DNA of 58,313 bases, taken from Candidatus Eiseniibacteriota bacterium (lineage in GTDB: Bacteria; Orphanbacterota; Orphanbacteria; Orphanbacterales; Orphanbacteraceae). The stretch is taken from assembly GCA_043809585.1 (NCBI GenBank), contig JBDROZ010000082.1, positions 1 through 58,313 of the forward strand. Direction: 5' to 3'. This document shows positions 11,022-19,789 of this stretch, piece by piece (the stretch's first letter is position 1; every line of letters starts with the position of its first letter). A program made the translations under genes and the position numbers. A model generated the notes under the pieces. That model did not search any database, was not told the DNA's origin, and was given only the letters and a program-made list of their open reading frames with translations.

Positions 11022-11900
11022 TCACCGGCTCCGGGTCGGTTGGACCAAGAGGTCCCCGGGGGATGTCTTCCACATGTTGGCCTGACAAGAAAGCGGCCAC
11101 GTGACAACCGAGCCCGTCGGCCCCACACGCCAGACAGACTGTTCGCGGTCATCTTTCGAAGGCCGTTTCGGACTCTCTTGGAATACCTCCCATTCATCGG
11201 GAATGAGGACGACCGTTTCGGGAGTAGGATCTGCGATCCCCATGTTATCCACGGCTCGCACGCTGAACATCCAGTACACGGCAATCTCGGGCCCGAGGAC
11301 AAACACGCTCTCGGCAACGACAACCGAAAACCAGCCGCTTTGTACGAAGTCGACCTCGGTTTGGATGTCGTAGTGGTCGATCGAGCCGTCGGGATCCCAC
11401 CCAAACCAATACATCCTGAAGGCGTAGTTCCCGTTTGTGTCGCTCTCAGCCGGATTGAAGCTGAGCGCCGTCTCAGGAGGTATATTGGGGGAAGCCAGGG
11501 TGAACGCGTTGATGGCCGTGTATGTTGTACCGGCTCGGCTGTAGGCCCTGCATTGGAACAGATACTCCCTATCGAACTCCGCATCGGGCAGCGCCAGAGT
11601 GACGCCCACACACCCGTAGCCATCTCCTGCGCTCACCGATCCGCTCGCATGTGCCAGCACCAGCGTCGTGTCGTAGAGACAGTCGCAGAGCGTCGGAAGC
11701 CCTCGCGGGTCAACCTCGAAGCTGACGGCTACGCCAGAGCCGTCGTCCCAGACCGACGCGGGCGGGAAGATGACAGGCGGCTGCCCGCTCTCGGGGCAAT
11801 TGCAGCTGGTATCGCCGCAGCCACCCACGACCATCCCTAGAGAAATCAAACAGACTACGATGCAGCCGACGATCACCGGTGTTCCGATCTTGTAGCGCAT
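11022..11900 (-). CDS. Secreted/lipoprotein with beta-sandwich (FN3-like) domains
   Basis: Hydrophobic leader ending VVGGC; NIPPET...WFGWDPDGSIDHY...FSVRAVDNMGIADPTP motif. Confidence 0.65.
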   Translation of the reverse strand: MRYKIGTPVIVGCIVVCLISLGMVVGGCGDTSCNCPESGQPPVIFPPASVWDDGSGVAVSFEVDPRGLPTLCDCLYDTTLVLAHASGSVSAGDGYGCVGVTLALPDAEFDREYLFQCRAYSRAGTTYTAINAFTLASPNIPPETALSFNPAESDTNGNYAFRMYWFGWDPDGSIDHYDIQTEVDFVQSGWFSVVVAESVFVLGPEIAVYWMFSVRAVDNMGIADPTPETVVLIPDEWEVFQESPKRPSKDDREQSVWRVGPTGSVVTWPLSCQANMWKTSPGDLLVQPTRSR

Positions 11901-11980
11901 AGACTCCCCTTCCCTCTCCTACCAAGTGGTCCAGCGCCGCTTATCTGCGCGCGCCGACGAGCATCAAGTCCAACGGTTCC

Positions 11981-12910
11981 TTATTCCCTCGGCTTCCTGA
12001 CGGGGCGCTCCTGCTGGACCACGCGCGAGACTCCAGTGGCCACATCGTACCAAAACGGCGCTCCGAGCCCCGCCAGCACTCCTGTGATTATGATGCCCAC
12101 CACCCACATTGCCCAGCCACCGATGTTGTTCCTCCGCTGGAAGTCCTTGGATTCCCCTTCCTGAAACCCAGAGTGCGGAAAGTAGGACCAGCCTATGAGC
12201 AGGTCCAAGCTCGAGAGCGCGTCGAGATCCTCTTGGCTGTCCCTCCAGGCCTGCTCGAGATCTTCCTTGGTGATCGGAGAATTGCCATTCTCCTCGTCAA
12301 GGGACGCAACCAATGCGTGATAATTCTCAGCGAAAGCCTCACTCTGCGCAATCACGCCTTGGCGCATGGCTTCGTTCCTGATGTATGAATCCGCGATGCG
12401 AACACCATCCATGTTGAACGCGACCGCGAGGAGGAGCGCCACGACGGTGGCCCATCGCCTCGAGTACTTTCGAAACGATTCCGTGAACCTATCCCCAACG
12501 ATTTCGTAACGTCGTCCCAGTTCATCGAAGACGCCGCGGGCTTCGTCGCCAAGTTCTGTCAGCATCTCCTGACCTAAGCCAGACCGTTTCAGCCGCTCCG
12601 TGAGCTCGTCGGTCGACACACTGACAAGCGTGGCCAGTTCATCTCCGCCAAAGAGTTCGGACTCACTGAGATTATTGGCTGTTGTCGTTAGTTTGTCGGC
12701 GACCCCGTCAGTCAATTTCCTCTTGAGCCTATTCACTTCCCGCTCGATGACCGGCCGGGCTTCCTTATCGAAATACTCCGTCAACATCTTTTGCAGCTCC
12801 GCGTTGCGCAGCTTGGCCGTATTCCGCAGGAGACGAACGATCTGTGTGACGACCGTGGCTACCACGAGCATCGTCAGGGCAAATGCGAGGGCTGCATCGA
12901 GAATAGGCAT
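11981..12910 (-). CDS. Hypothetical membrane protein (N-terminal TM, helical middle, C-terminal TMs with GLGAPFWYD)
   Basis: Long ORF, GGAGG RBS before MPILDAA, three hydrophobic segments. Confidence 0.8.
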   Translation of the reverse strand: MPILDAALAFALTMLVVATVVTQIVRLLRNTAKLRNAELQKMLTEYFDKEARPVIEREVNRLKRKLTDGVADKLTTTANNLSESELFGGDELATLVSVSTDELTERLKRSGLGQEMLTELGDEARGVFDELGRRYEIVGDRFTESFRKYSRRWATVVALLLAVAFNMDGVRIADSYIRNEAMRQGVIAQSEAFAENYHALVASLDEENGNSPITKEDLEQAWRDSQEDLDALSSLDLLIGWSYFPHSGFQEGESKDFQRRNNIGGWAMWVVGIIITGVLAGLGAPFWYDVATGVSRVVQQERPVRKPRE

Positions 12911-13080
12911 GGCGACCTCCAATTCCGATGGAAGGCATCCGAATCCGGGCAGTGCTTTCTGCTTGCGCCTCCTTGTTGCTCCAGAGGATCAACCTCGATC
13001 TTGCAGAAACCTCGGCCCTGATTTCGGTGGGCGGGACCCAGGGGGTCAGGGCCGACTTGCTCAAACAGTCTCCGCGCGCC

Positions 13081-13410
13081 TCACAGGATCTTGATTGCGT
13101 CAAACACCTTGTCTACGACGGCAAGGAACTTCCCGACGGCCTTGACCAGGTCCTTCACCTTTTCGATGTCCTTGATCGCCTGGTCCAGGTCGGCGCCGGC
13201 ATCGAGGACCGTTCCGATCCGCTTGTCGACATTCGCCGTCGTCTCTTTGAACAGCAGGCGCCCGGCCATCATCACGCGAAAACTCAGCTCTTCCATCTCC
13301 CGAAGAACATCCTCTGCCTCTTCTTGATCTTTCGTCTTGCCGAGGCGCTTCGCGAGGCCCTGATGGGCTTCGATCAGCTGCTTGTGAAGCTTCTTGACTT
13401 CTGAGTTCAT
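13081..13410 (-). CDS. Small alpha-helical/coiled-coil hypothetical protein
   Basis: GGAGGT RBS; ATGA overlap with the upstream gene; amphipathic C-terminal helix. Confidence 0.8.
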   Translation of the reverse strand: MNSEVKKLHKQLIEAHQGLAKRLGKTKDQEEAEDVLREMEELSFRVMMAGRLLFKETTANVDKRIGTVLDAGADLDQAIKDIEKVKDLVKAVGKFLAVVDKVFDAIKIL

Positions 13411-14318
13411 TGTGTACCTCCGCTGGTCGAGCCTCCCGCACGGCGGTCGCGAAAGAGTTTCGCCTGTTCTCGGTAGGCTTTGTACTCGTCCTGAACGAGC
13501 TGAATCAGAGCCGCCGCGGACACCCGGCGGCCTTGGGCAAGCTCCCGATGCGCGTTTGCCAGGGCCGCAAGTGAGACACCAACCGAGCCAAGCTGCCGGT
13601 CCTGCATGTCCCGCTCGTCCAGCGCGTCAACGTAGCGAAGCACCGCAGCATGCTTGGCGTCGATGCTCGAGGCGAGACGGAAGTCCGTGGCGTCGATCTT
13701 CCCCAACACGTTTGTCCAATACGTCCTCACGGTGCCTCTCACCCCGAAAGAACTGTCGCCGACTGCCTCGACCATTGCGCGGAAGACTTCTTGTATGGCG
13801 GGGTCTGCCTTGCGGATCACTTCGAGGGCGTCCCGCTCTGCCCGGAGATTGACCAAGAACCCGCCTAACTTCATGAAAGCGGCGGATATTCCGGCCGGAA
13901 GCTGTTCCCCGCGCGAGGCTTCGATCCTTTCACCGAGAGCCGAAAGCTCCCCTTCGACGCCGGAGCGTTGCTCTTGGTCGAGCAGCCGCTCGAGCTTTTC
14001 TGCATAGGAATCGATGAGGACGAACGCCCGGTGCCACTTCGTAATATCGTCCGATGCAAGACCTTCGAAGAACAGCTCCTCCGTCAGGGCATCCTGTTTG
14101 ACCGCCCGCTCGATCTGCCGGCGGCGCAGGAAGCTGTTGGCGTCCGCAAATGCGGCCGACGACTGCTGGTCCACCAGTAGAACGCCCTGGCGGAACGGTG
14201 CGATCACGTCCCTCGACGGGGCCGTAGCACAGCCGGCGACGGCGAGTAGTGCGACGCCGAGCAGAAGAGTGATCAGGCCGCTGCCCGCTATCCTACGGAG
14301 TTTCTCGCTCGTCGTCAT
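13407..14318 (-). CDS. Alpha-helical lipoprotein, hypothetical
   Basis: Lipobox LAVAGC after a hydrophobic leader; GGAGGT RBS. Confidence 0.8.
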   Translation of the reverse strand: MTTSEKLRRIAGSGLITLLLGVALLAVAGCATAPSRDVIAPFRQGVLLVDQQSSAAFADANSFLRRRQIERAVKQDALTEELFFEGLASDDITKWHRAFVLIDSYAEKLERLLDQEQRSGVEGELSALGERIEASRGEQLPAGISAAFMKLGGFLVNLRAERDALEVIRKADPAIQEVFRAMVEAVGDSSFGVRGTVRTYWTNVLGKIDATDFRLASSIDAKHAAVLRYVDALDERDMQDRQLGSVGVSLAALANAHRELAQGRRVSAAALIQLVQDEYKAYREQAKLFRDRRAGGSTSGGTQ

Positions 14319-14347
14319 AAGGGGACCTCCCGTGCTTTGATTTCTAG

Positions 14348-14467
14348 GCCGAACGCCTCGCGTATCGGCCTGAGGCGAAGGGTGGTGCGGGGGGTGCCGG
14401 CGCGAAGCGCCCTCCTCGCGGCCCAGGTGACACTTCAGCTATAGCCGCCTGGATACGCTAGTTAGAC
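14348..14467 (-). other. attC site
   Basis: Minus strand GTCTAAC TAGCGTATCCAGGC...GGCCGATACGCGAGGC GTTCGGC; GCGTATC/GATACGC arms. Confidence 0.82.
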
Positions 14468-14523
14468 TGCACCCAGAAGGGGCTCCTGGACTCTCCCGCA
14501 AGCCGCGCTCACGGGCACCGCCA

Positions 14524-16098
14524 CTATGATTTCGGAGAGACACCGACCCCTTGGCACGCTTCCCTGAATCGTCTGTTATGCCCGATAACGACAGGGTACT
14601 CTGCGGTCCGGTCGTAGACGCAAAACTCCCAATCGCCCTCGTTGAGCCCTTCTTGGCACCGCGAGATAATCCCGTCCATGGAGTCATTCGTGCACCCAAT
14701 CCAGAGCGACAGCGGATGCTCCCGTATGAAATCCTGCCAAGACTCTGCGCGATCGAAGATGAAGTGGCACTTTCCGACCTCCACGGGACAGTCGATCTTC
14801 GAATCGTGCATGAATACGATCGTGGGTGCCTTCACTCTGTAGAGGCACCGTTTGAACAGCTTGTTGCTGTAGCTCCCAACATGAAAGCCCCGACAACTCT
14901 GAAGGTCTCCAAGCACCCTCTGGTCCTCCGAATACGGCCGCTTCGTCTCGGGCTTCATCGCTTGGATCTCTTCACCAAGCTGAAGGCCCGACATTGCAGC
15001 GAGAATCAGGGTGTCCTGTGGCGTGGACTCGTCTCCAAACACTTGAGACACAACATCGTCTATCATGGCCTCGGCATCGGGGTCAGACTCAGCCAGAGGT
15101 CGGAGGCTATAGTCCGGAGGGCGATTGCGATTGGTGAGGGGACCATACATGCCTGCGTACTTCTCGTCCGGCGGTCCCTCTGGAGCCGGATGGCACATGA
15201 CTCCGGAACACAGCCACAGGTAGATATGTGCTAGTGCGTTGTTGGTAAGCACAGATGGTCGAGGGCGGTGATCGAGAGACTCTGCTCTAGTAGGCAGCCT
15301 CTGGGCAAGGAGCAAGCTCACGTGAAATAGCGTGCTGCCCGATTCGATAAAGATCCTCTCGTACTTCTCTTGGATGTCGGCACCGTGTACCTCCTCGAAG
15401 GCAGCGGCCAGCGCCTCCTTCTTACTCTTGTCCGTCGATAGTCGTCCCTCAACGGTCTTGAACTCACCCAGCTTGCTGACGATGTCCCTCAGTCCCTGGT
15501 GCTTCGCGTAGACCCTCAGCACGTCACTGGTCTGCATGTCCTGTTCGAGGATGTATCCGGGTACGTCGTGCCGCTTGCTGAAGAAGCCGTAGAGCCAACG
15601 GTCTATCTGCGCGCTCGAGGTGAAAGGGACACAGTAGGGCTGATCTGAGTGGTCTTCGAAGCGCTTGCGAAGGTTCCAGTACAGGTCTTCATTGCTAAGC
15701 TCCGCAGCCTCTTTAGGACCAGAGAGCTTCTCGCGCTCGGCCCTCGCCTCATCTGCGTCCAACAGGAACGCGATTATGGGCAATCCGCATTCCTGCGCCC
15801 ACGCAAGCTCGATCTCAACGTAGCCCAGCCCCGCCTGGCCGTCCTTATCGAGGGGTCTCGTCCCGTAGCGGTGACCGATGATCAAAACGAAGTACTGGGA
15901 TGACTTAACCGCCCGACGGATGACCGTTTCCTTGTCCTTGGTGTCCGGAGCGTAATTCTCCAAGCACACCGGCAGGTGTCCGGCATCGATGACGGCTCGA
16001 GCTGCCGCGCGTCTATGTTCCCAAAGATCGCGGAAGGTACTGCTTATGAAGACTTGGTACTTCCTGTCGACTTCAGGGCGCTCGCCACCGATCTCCAT
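14524..16098 (-). CDS. DUF4062 domain protein fused to a DeoR C-terminal sensor-like domain (cassette)
   Basis: KYQVFISSTFRDLWEHR...YFVLIIGHRYG...YVEIELAWA (DUF4062); later IFIESGSTL...SVLTNNALAH resembles DeoRC IFLDSGTT...VTNSL. Confidence 0.75.
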   Translation of the reverse strand: MEIGGERPEVDRKYQVFISSTFRDLWEHRRAAARAVIDAGHLPVCLENYAPDTKDKETVIRRAVKSSQYFVLIIGHRYGTRPLDKDGQAGLGYVEIELAWAQECGLPIIAFLLDADEARAEREKLSGPKEAAELSNEDLYWNLRKRFEDHSDQPYCVPFTSSAQIDRWLYGFFSKRHDVPGYILEQDMQTSDVLRVYAKHQGLRDIVSKLGEFKTVEGRLSTDKSKKEALAAAFEEVHGADIQEKYERIFIESGSTLFHVSLLLAQRLPTRAESLDHRPRPSVLTNNALAHIYLWLCSGVMCHPAPEGPPDEKYAGMYGPLTNRNRPPDYSLRPLAESDPDAEAMIDDVVSQVFGDESTPQDTLILAAMSGLQLGEEIQAMKPETKRPYSEDQRVLGDLQSCRGFHVGSYSNKLFKRCLYRVKAPTIVFMHDSKIDCPVEVGKCHFIFDRAESWQDFIREHPLSLWIGCTNDSMDGIISRCQEGLNEGDWEFCVYDRTAEYPVVIGHNRRFREACQGVGVSPKS

Positions 16099-16140
16099 GG
16101 CCGACTCTCCCTTCATCTAGTGCATGCCTCGGTCGGCGCA

Positions 16141-16230
16141 GTATGACGTGTAGCGTGAGCCGCTTCGCGTTGGCCGCAGCGCGAAGCGGCACGGCTTACC
16201 CGAAGTTCGCGCTCCACGCCCTTGTTCGGC
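16141..16230 (-). other. attC site
   Basis: Minus strand GCCGAAC AAGGGCGTGGAGC...GCTCACGCTACAC GTCATAC; internal GCCGCTTCGCG/CGCGAAGCGGC stem. Confidence 0.78.
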
Positions 16231-16285
16231 AAGACAACCCCCATACCCGACGAGTCTGATCGGCCTGCCTGGCCCGGCTCGCAGG

Positions 16286-16633
16286 TCAGCGGATCTTCTT
16301 CAATCCCTCAACGAGGTCGAGACGCAGGGTGAAGAGAATGCCTTGGCCCGGGGCGTGCAAGTCGCCACACAACGACCGGACGACTTCAATCGCCTTTTGC
16401 AGTGTGTCTTCGTCTTGCACGACAGCGAAGACCGTCTTGTTGGTGGCCTTGCCCTTCGCCAAGACGCTCTTGATCGTCTGCATTGCGGGCACGTCCGCTC
16501 CACTTTCGACCAAAATCCTGCCCATACCGATACTGTCCACCACAGTCGTACCGGTCACACCGGCTTCGGCGAAACCCTCCAGCAATTCAGCAAGCCGTTC
16601 CGTCTGCTCCAGAACATGAACTAGCAGATGCAC
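16286..16633 (-). CDS. PII-like (GlnB-fold) protein
   Basis: GVTGTTVVDSIGMGR...NKTVFAVV...GDLHAPGQGILFTL pattern of non-canonical PII-like proteins. Confidence 0.75.
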   Translation of the reverse strand: MHLLVHVLEQTERLAELLEGFAEAGVTGTTVVDSIGMGRILVESGADVPAMQTIKSVLAKGKATNKTVFAVVQDEDTLQKAIEVVRSLCGDLHAPGQGILFTLRLDLVEGLKKIR

Positions 16634-16701
16634 ATCACACCTCTTTCCCTCTTCGTGCTTCCGAAGATGCCTCTCATCATTGGAACGGCTCTTCCTCCCC
16701 G

Positions 16702-16965
16702 CTACGACGCCTCGTTCTCCGTGCGGTTACACTCCATCTCATAGTCTGAGATGAGCGATTCCATGACCCGGTGATACGCATTCTGATGGGAACTCAACTC
16801 CTCTACTCTACTCGCAAACTCCTTGTGTTTCATTTCATCATCGAGGACGAGCCACAATTCGGCCAGCTTCTTGATGTTGATCTCTGCATCGTGTCGCATC
16901 TGTTTGAGTTGCGAGATGATGTCTCTTGATCTTTCCAGCAGTGTCTTTTCTGGCTGATCGGTCAT
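16702..16965 (-). CDS. Small helical hypothetical protein (cassette)
   Basis: AAGGAGG RBS; follows the attC R' box. Confidence 0.7.
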   Translation of the reverse strand: MTDQPEKTLLERSRDIISQLKQMRHDAEINIKKLAELWLVLDDEMKHKEFASRVEELSSHQNAYHRVMESLISDYEMECNRTENEAS

Positions 16966-16988
16966 GATTCCCTCCTTCTGAATTGAAT

Positions 16989-17130
16989 GCCTAGCGCGCG
17001 GCGGATCAGCCGCGCGGACCCGAGAAAGCGCAGTTTTGGCAGGGCCGCGCAGCTGCCGCGCCCCGGTTTACCACCCGCTGAATCCCTGGTGCGGATGCCG
17101 GGCGCGGTCTGCTGAAGTGGCAAGTTATGA
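16989..17130 (-). other. attC site
   Basis: Minus strand TCATAAC TTGCCACTTCAGCAGACCGCG...CCGCGCGGCTGATCCGCCGCGC GCTAGGC. Confidence 0.75.
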
Positions 17131-17133
17131 GGC

Positions 17134-17688
17134 TTACGGAACCTCAAACACTACCTCCACAGCATCGGGAACAAGCTTCTGAGCCGCCGCGAACTCGTCG
17201 CTCGGTCCGCCTCGGTAGAAACTCCCCAAGAGCCTGATATGACCGGGGCACCCCGCGTAGTCGGAAACACCGAAGCGAAGAAGCAGCGTATCGCTGTAGA
17301 CCTCCCCCCCCTGTAAGTCCACGAGTCGGCCCCCAAAACCCTCATTACGCCACATCGCCGGATCGGCGTAGAAGAAGATCGCAGCCGGATCACAGAGGGA
17401 ACGCGGCTCCTTCCGCTGATACCCACCAAGAAATACAAACCGGCCATACAGATGCACAGGATCTTTGGATACGTTCATAGCGCGGGCGATCACACGCACT
17501 GAATCGATGTCACCGACAACATGACGCTCCACCATTGAACTAAAGGCCAGTCGGGACGACAGACGTGCGCTGTCCTCAGGCGTTCTTCCGCTCTCCCCAC
17601 ATCGCATCGACCCCGAACACGATGCTTGCACCGCACACCACAAGAGGCACAAACCCACCACGAGACGTCTCCGCGTTGTCATCCTCAC
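17134..17688 (-). CDS. Hypothetical lipoprotein (cassette)
   Basis: Basic then hydrophobic leader with QASC; fills the space between two attC sites. Confidence 0.65.
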   Translation of the reverse strand: MRMTTRRRLVVGLCLLWCAVQASCSGSMRCGESGRTPEDSARLSSRLAFSSMVERHVVGDIDSVRVIARAMNVSKDPVHLYGRFVFLGGYQRKEPRSLCDPAAIFFYADPAMWRNEGFGGRLVDLQGGEVYSDTLLLRFGVSDYAGCPGHIRLLGSFYRGGPSDEFAAAQKLVPDAVEVVFEVP

Positions 17689-17692
17689 GACC

Positions 17693-17790
17693 TCCCAACG
17701 GCTTGCAGTTCACCCGCAGCCGCCACCTTCCAATCGAACGCCACTTGTCTGAGCGGGGTGGCGGCTGGCGGGTGCAACTGCTAGTTAGAG
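17693..17790 (-). other. attC site
   Basis: Minus strand CTCTAAC TAGCAGTTGCACCCGCCAGCCGCCACC...GGTGGCGGCTGCGGGTGAACTGCAAGCC GTTGGGA; long stem with extrahelical bases. Confidence 0.9.
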
Positions 17791-17800
17791 GACCGAGCGG

Positions 17801-18541
17801 CTACTCAGAATCCGTGGTTCCGTCCGTCCATCTGACGGCGAGTCCCATGATCTGCCATCCGGACAAAGAGGTCATCGCTGGGTTCTGCACGACGTAACCT
17901 CCACCGACGGTTCCAGAGCCTCCATAGACTGGGACCCAGGTTGTGGTTGGTGGATGCCAGTAGCCGCTTACGCCGGAACCGCAGAAACACTCAACGATGG
18001 CGTCAGCCTGCAGTCCCGCCGCTTGTTTCTGAAGTTCCTGAACTGCCTTCGACCAGTTCGTCGCCTCAATTGTGTAGTAGAATGCCCCGTTGGGCGCTCT
18101 CTTGTCTGTTCGCAATACACCGTATTCCGCCGTACCCCACGTTTGTCGTTTCAGCATCTTCGGCTTGATTGAACTGTAGACCTCGCCCACTGCAACGAAC
18201 TCCCTATCTGGCGGACCGACCGAATGGGAATGTTCCGACATCCCCTCAGACTCGGACAGAATCGATGTGAGCTCCTTTGGATCCACAAAACGTCTCGGGT
18301 CCAGATTCGGAGCACTGCTAGCGTATCCTGTTGGAAAGCGATGCACATACGGGTCAACTGCTTCCAACGTCGAAAGGTATAGGTGGACCGGCGTATAATC
18401 GTCCGGTAGCACGGTCTCCGATTGCGCAACGTCGTACCGCCGGAGCCCACCCTTGCTCGCACAGCCGATTACGGTGAGCACAACTAGCAATAGAGACACC
18501 GCCTCGCGTCCCGACCAGGATCGTCCCACGAGTGTCACCAT
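17801..18541 (-). CDS. Hypothetical lipoprotein (cassette)
   Basis: Lipobox VIGC; LQKQAAGLQADAIV...GLAVRW resembles YbjQ-like folds; bounded by attC sites. Confidence 0.7.
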   Translation of the reverse strand: MVTLVGRSWSGREAVSLLLVVLTVIGCASKGGLRRYDVAQSETVLPDDYTPVHLYLSTLEAVDPYVHRFPTGYASSAPNLDPRRFVDPKELTSILSESEGMSEHSHSVGPPDREFVAVGEVYSSIKPKMLKRQTWGTAEYGVLRTDKRAPNGAFYYTIEATNWSKAVQELQKQAAGLQADAIVECFCGSGVSGYWHPPTTTWVPVYGGSGTVGGGYVVQNPAMTSLSGWQIMGLAVRWTDGTTDSE

Positions 18542-18592
18542 GGGAGCCCCTTTCCTTTTCACCTCGAGATCTCACTAGCGGATTCTCAGTTC

Positions 18593-18646
18593 CTCTAACG
18601 CTCAGCATCAGCTGCGGCGCGAAGCGTCGTCAGCTGCATGCTGTTG
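18593..18646 (-). other. attC site, main part (split by IS; remainder at 20292-20299)
   Basis: Removing the IS restores CTCTAAC GCTCAGCATCAGCTGCGGCGCGAAGCGTCGTCAGCTGCATGCTGTT GTTCGGC (+ strand), a short classical attC. Confidence 0.9.
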
Positions 18647-18733
18647 ATACTCATCAAGGCCCCCTGGGGCCTACCCCGATTTCGGGGTAGGCTGGTGGTG
18701 TCCAGTATCCACCCAACCCAGGAGGTGAAAACC

Positions 18734-19777
18734 ATGAGATTCTACACCGGACAACACCAACACTACTGCGGTGTCGATCTACACGCCCGATCGATCTACG
18801 TCTGTGTTCTCGATCGGGAGGGGAACACGGTGTTGCACCGGAACTTGTGTGCCAACCCCGATGTCTTCCTTCACGCCGTCCGGCCCTTCTCGGATGATCT
18901 CGTCGTCGGCGCTGAGTGCATGTTCACCTGGTACTGGCTGGCCGACCTCTGCCGGGACGCCGGGATCCCCTTCGTCCTGGGACACGCCCTCTACATGAAG
19001 GCGATCCACGGCGCCAAGGCCAAGAACGACCGCATCGACTCGGCCAAGATCGCCGCACTCCTCAAGGGCGGGACCTTCCCGGTCGCCTATGTCTACCCCC
19101 GGGAGTGGCGATCCACACGAGACCTCCTCCGAAGGAGGCTCCACCTCGTCCGAAAGCGCGGCGAGCTCGTCGCCCACATCCAGAACACCTACCACCAGCA
19201 GAACCTCCCCGCCCCCTCCGCCAAGCTGCGCTACCGCGCCAACCGCGCCGGCGTCGCCGACGTCTTCCCCGACCGCAGCGTCCAGAAGAACGTCGCCGTC
19301 GACCTCGCGGTTGCCGACCGGCTCGACCAGGTCATCCGCGACCTCGAGTCGTTCTTGACGCGCCGGGTCAAGGTGCACGACCCCGACAACTTCCACCGGT
19401 TGCGATCCATTCCCGGCGTCGGGAAAATCCTGGCCATGACCTTCCTTTACGAAATTCACGACATCGACCGCTTCCCGAGGGTGCAGGACTTCTCCTCCTA
19501 CGCACGCCTCGTGAAATGCGCGCACGAGTCGGGTGGCAGGCGGTCGGGAACCGGCGGGGCCAAGATCGGGAACGCCCACCTCCGCTGGGCCTTCGGCGAA
19601 GCGGTCCTTCTGATGCTGAGGGAGAGCGAGGAGCTCAAGAAACGGCGCCGTCGCCTCGAACGGAAACACGGAAAGGGGAAGTCGCTCGCCATTCTCGCTC
19701 ACAAGCTCGGGCGGGCAGTCTACTTCATGATGAAACGGAAGAGGGTTTTTCAGATGGAACGCTTTCTGGCGGCTTGA
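18734..19777 (+). CDS. IS110-family DEDD transposase/recombinase
   Basis: GVDLH, GAE, KNDRID catalytic residues; SIPGVG; HESGG; GNAHLRWA; ILAHKLGR; AGGAGGT RBS. Confidence 0.95.
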   Translation: MRFYTGQHQHYCGVDLHARSIYVCVLDREGNTVLHRNLCANPDVFLHAVRPFSDDLVVGAECMFTWYWLADLCRDAGIPFVLGHALYMKAIHGAKAKNDRIDSAKIAALLKGGTFPVAYVYPREWRSTRDLLRRRLHLVRKRGELVAHIQNTYHQQNLPAPSAKLRYRANRAGVADVFPDRSVQKNVAVDLAVADRLDQVIRDLESFLTRRVKVHDPDNFHRLRSIPGVGKILAMTFLYEIHDIDRFPRVQDFSSYARLVKCAHESGGRRSGTGGAKIGNAHLRWAFGEAVLLMLRESEELKKRRRRLERKHGKGKSLAILAHKLGRAVYFMMKRKRVFQMERFLAA

Positions 19778-19789
19778 GGAGCCACCCAT

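Noticed and set aside
11080..11160. Possible attC between the lipoprotein and cysteine synthase genes
   Set aside because: Box-like ends but no convincing stem; not listed as a feature
10997..11623. N-terminal extensions in the ORF track (cysteine synthase, beta-lactamase, YhaN, OsmC, ABC genes)
   Set aside because: They overlap neighbouring genes; family similarity and RBS or overlap-coupled starts lie downstream
11925..11978. Possible attC after the three-gene module
   Set aside because: Only a right-arm-like remnant, no R'' box
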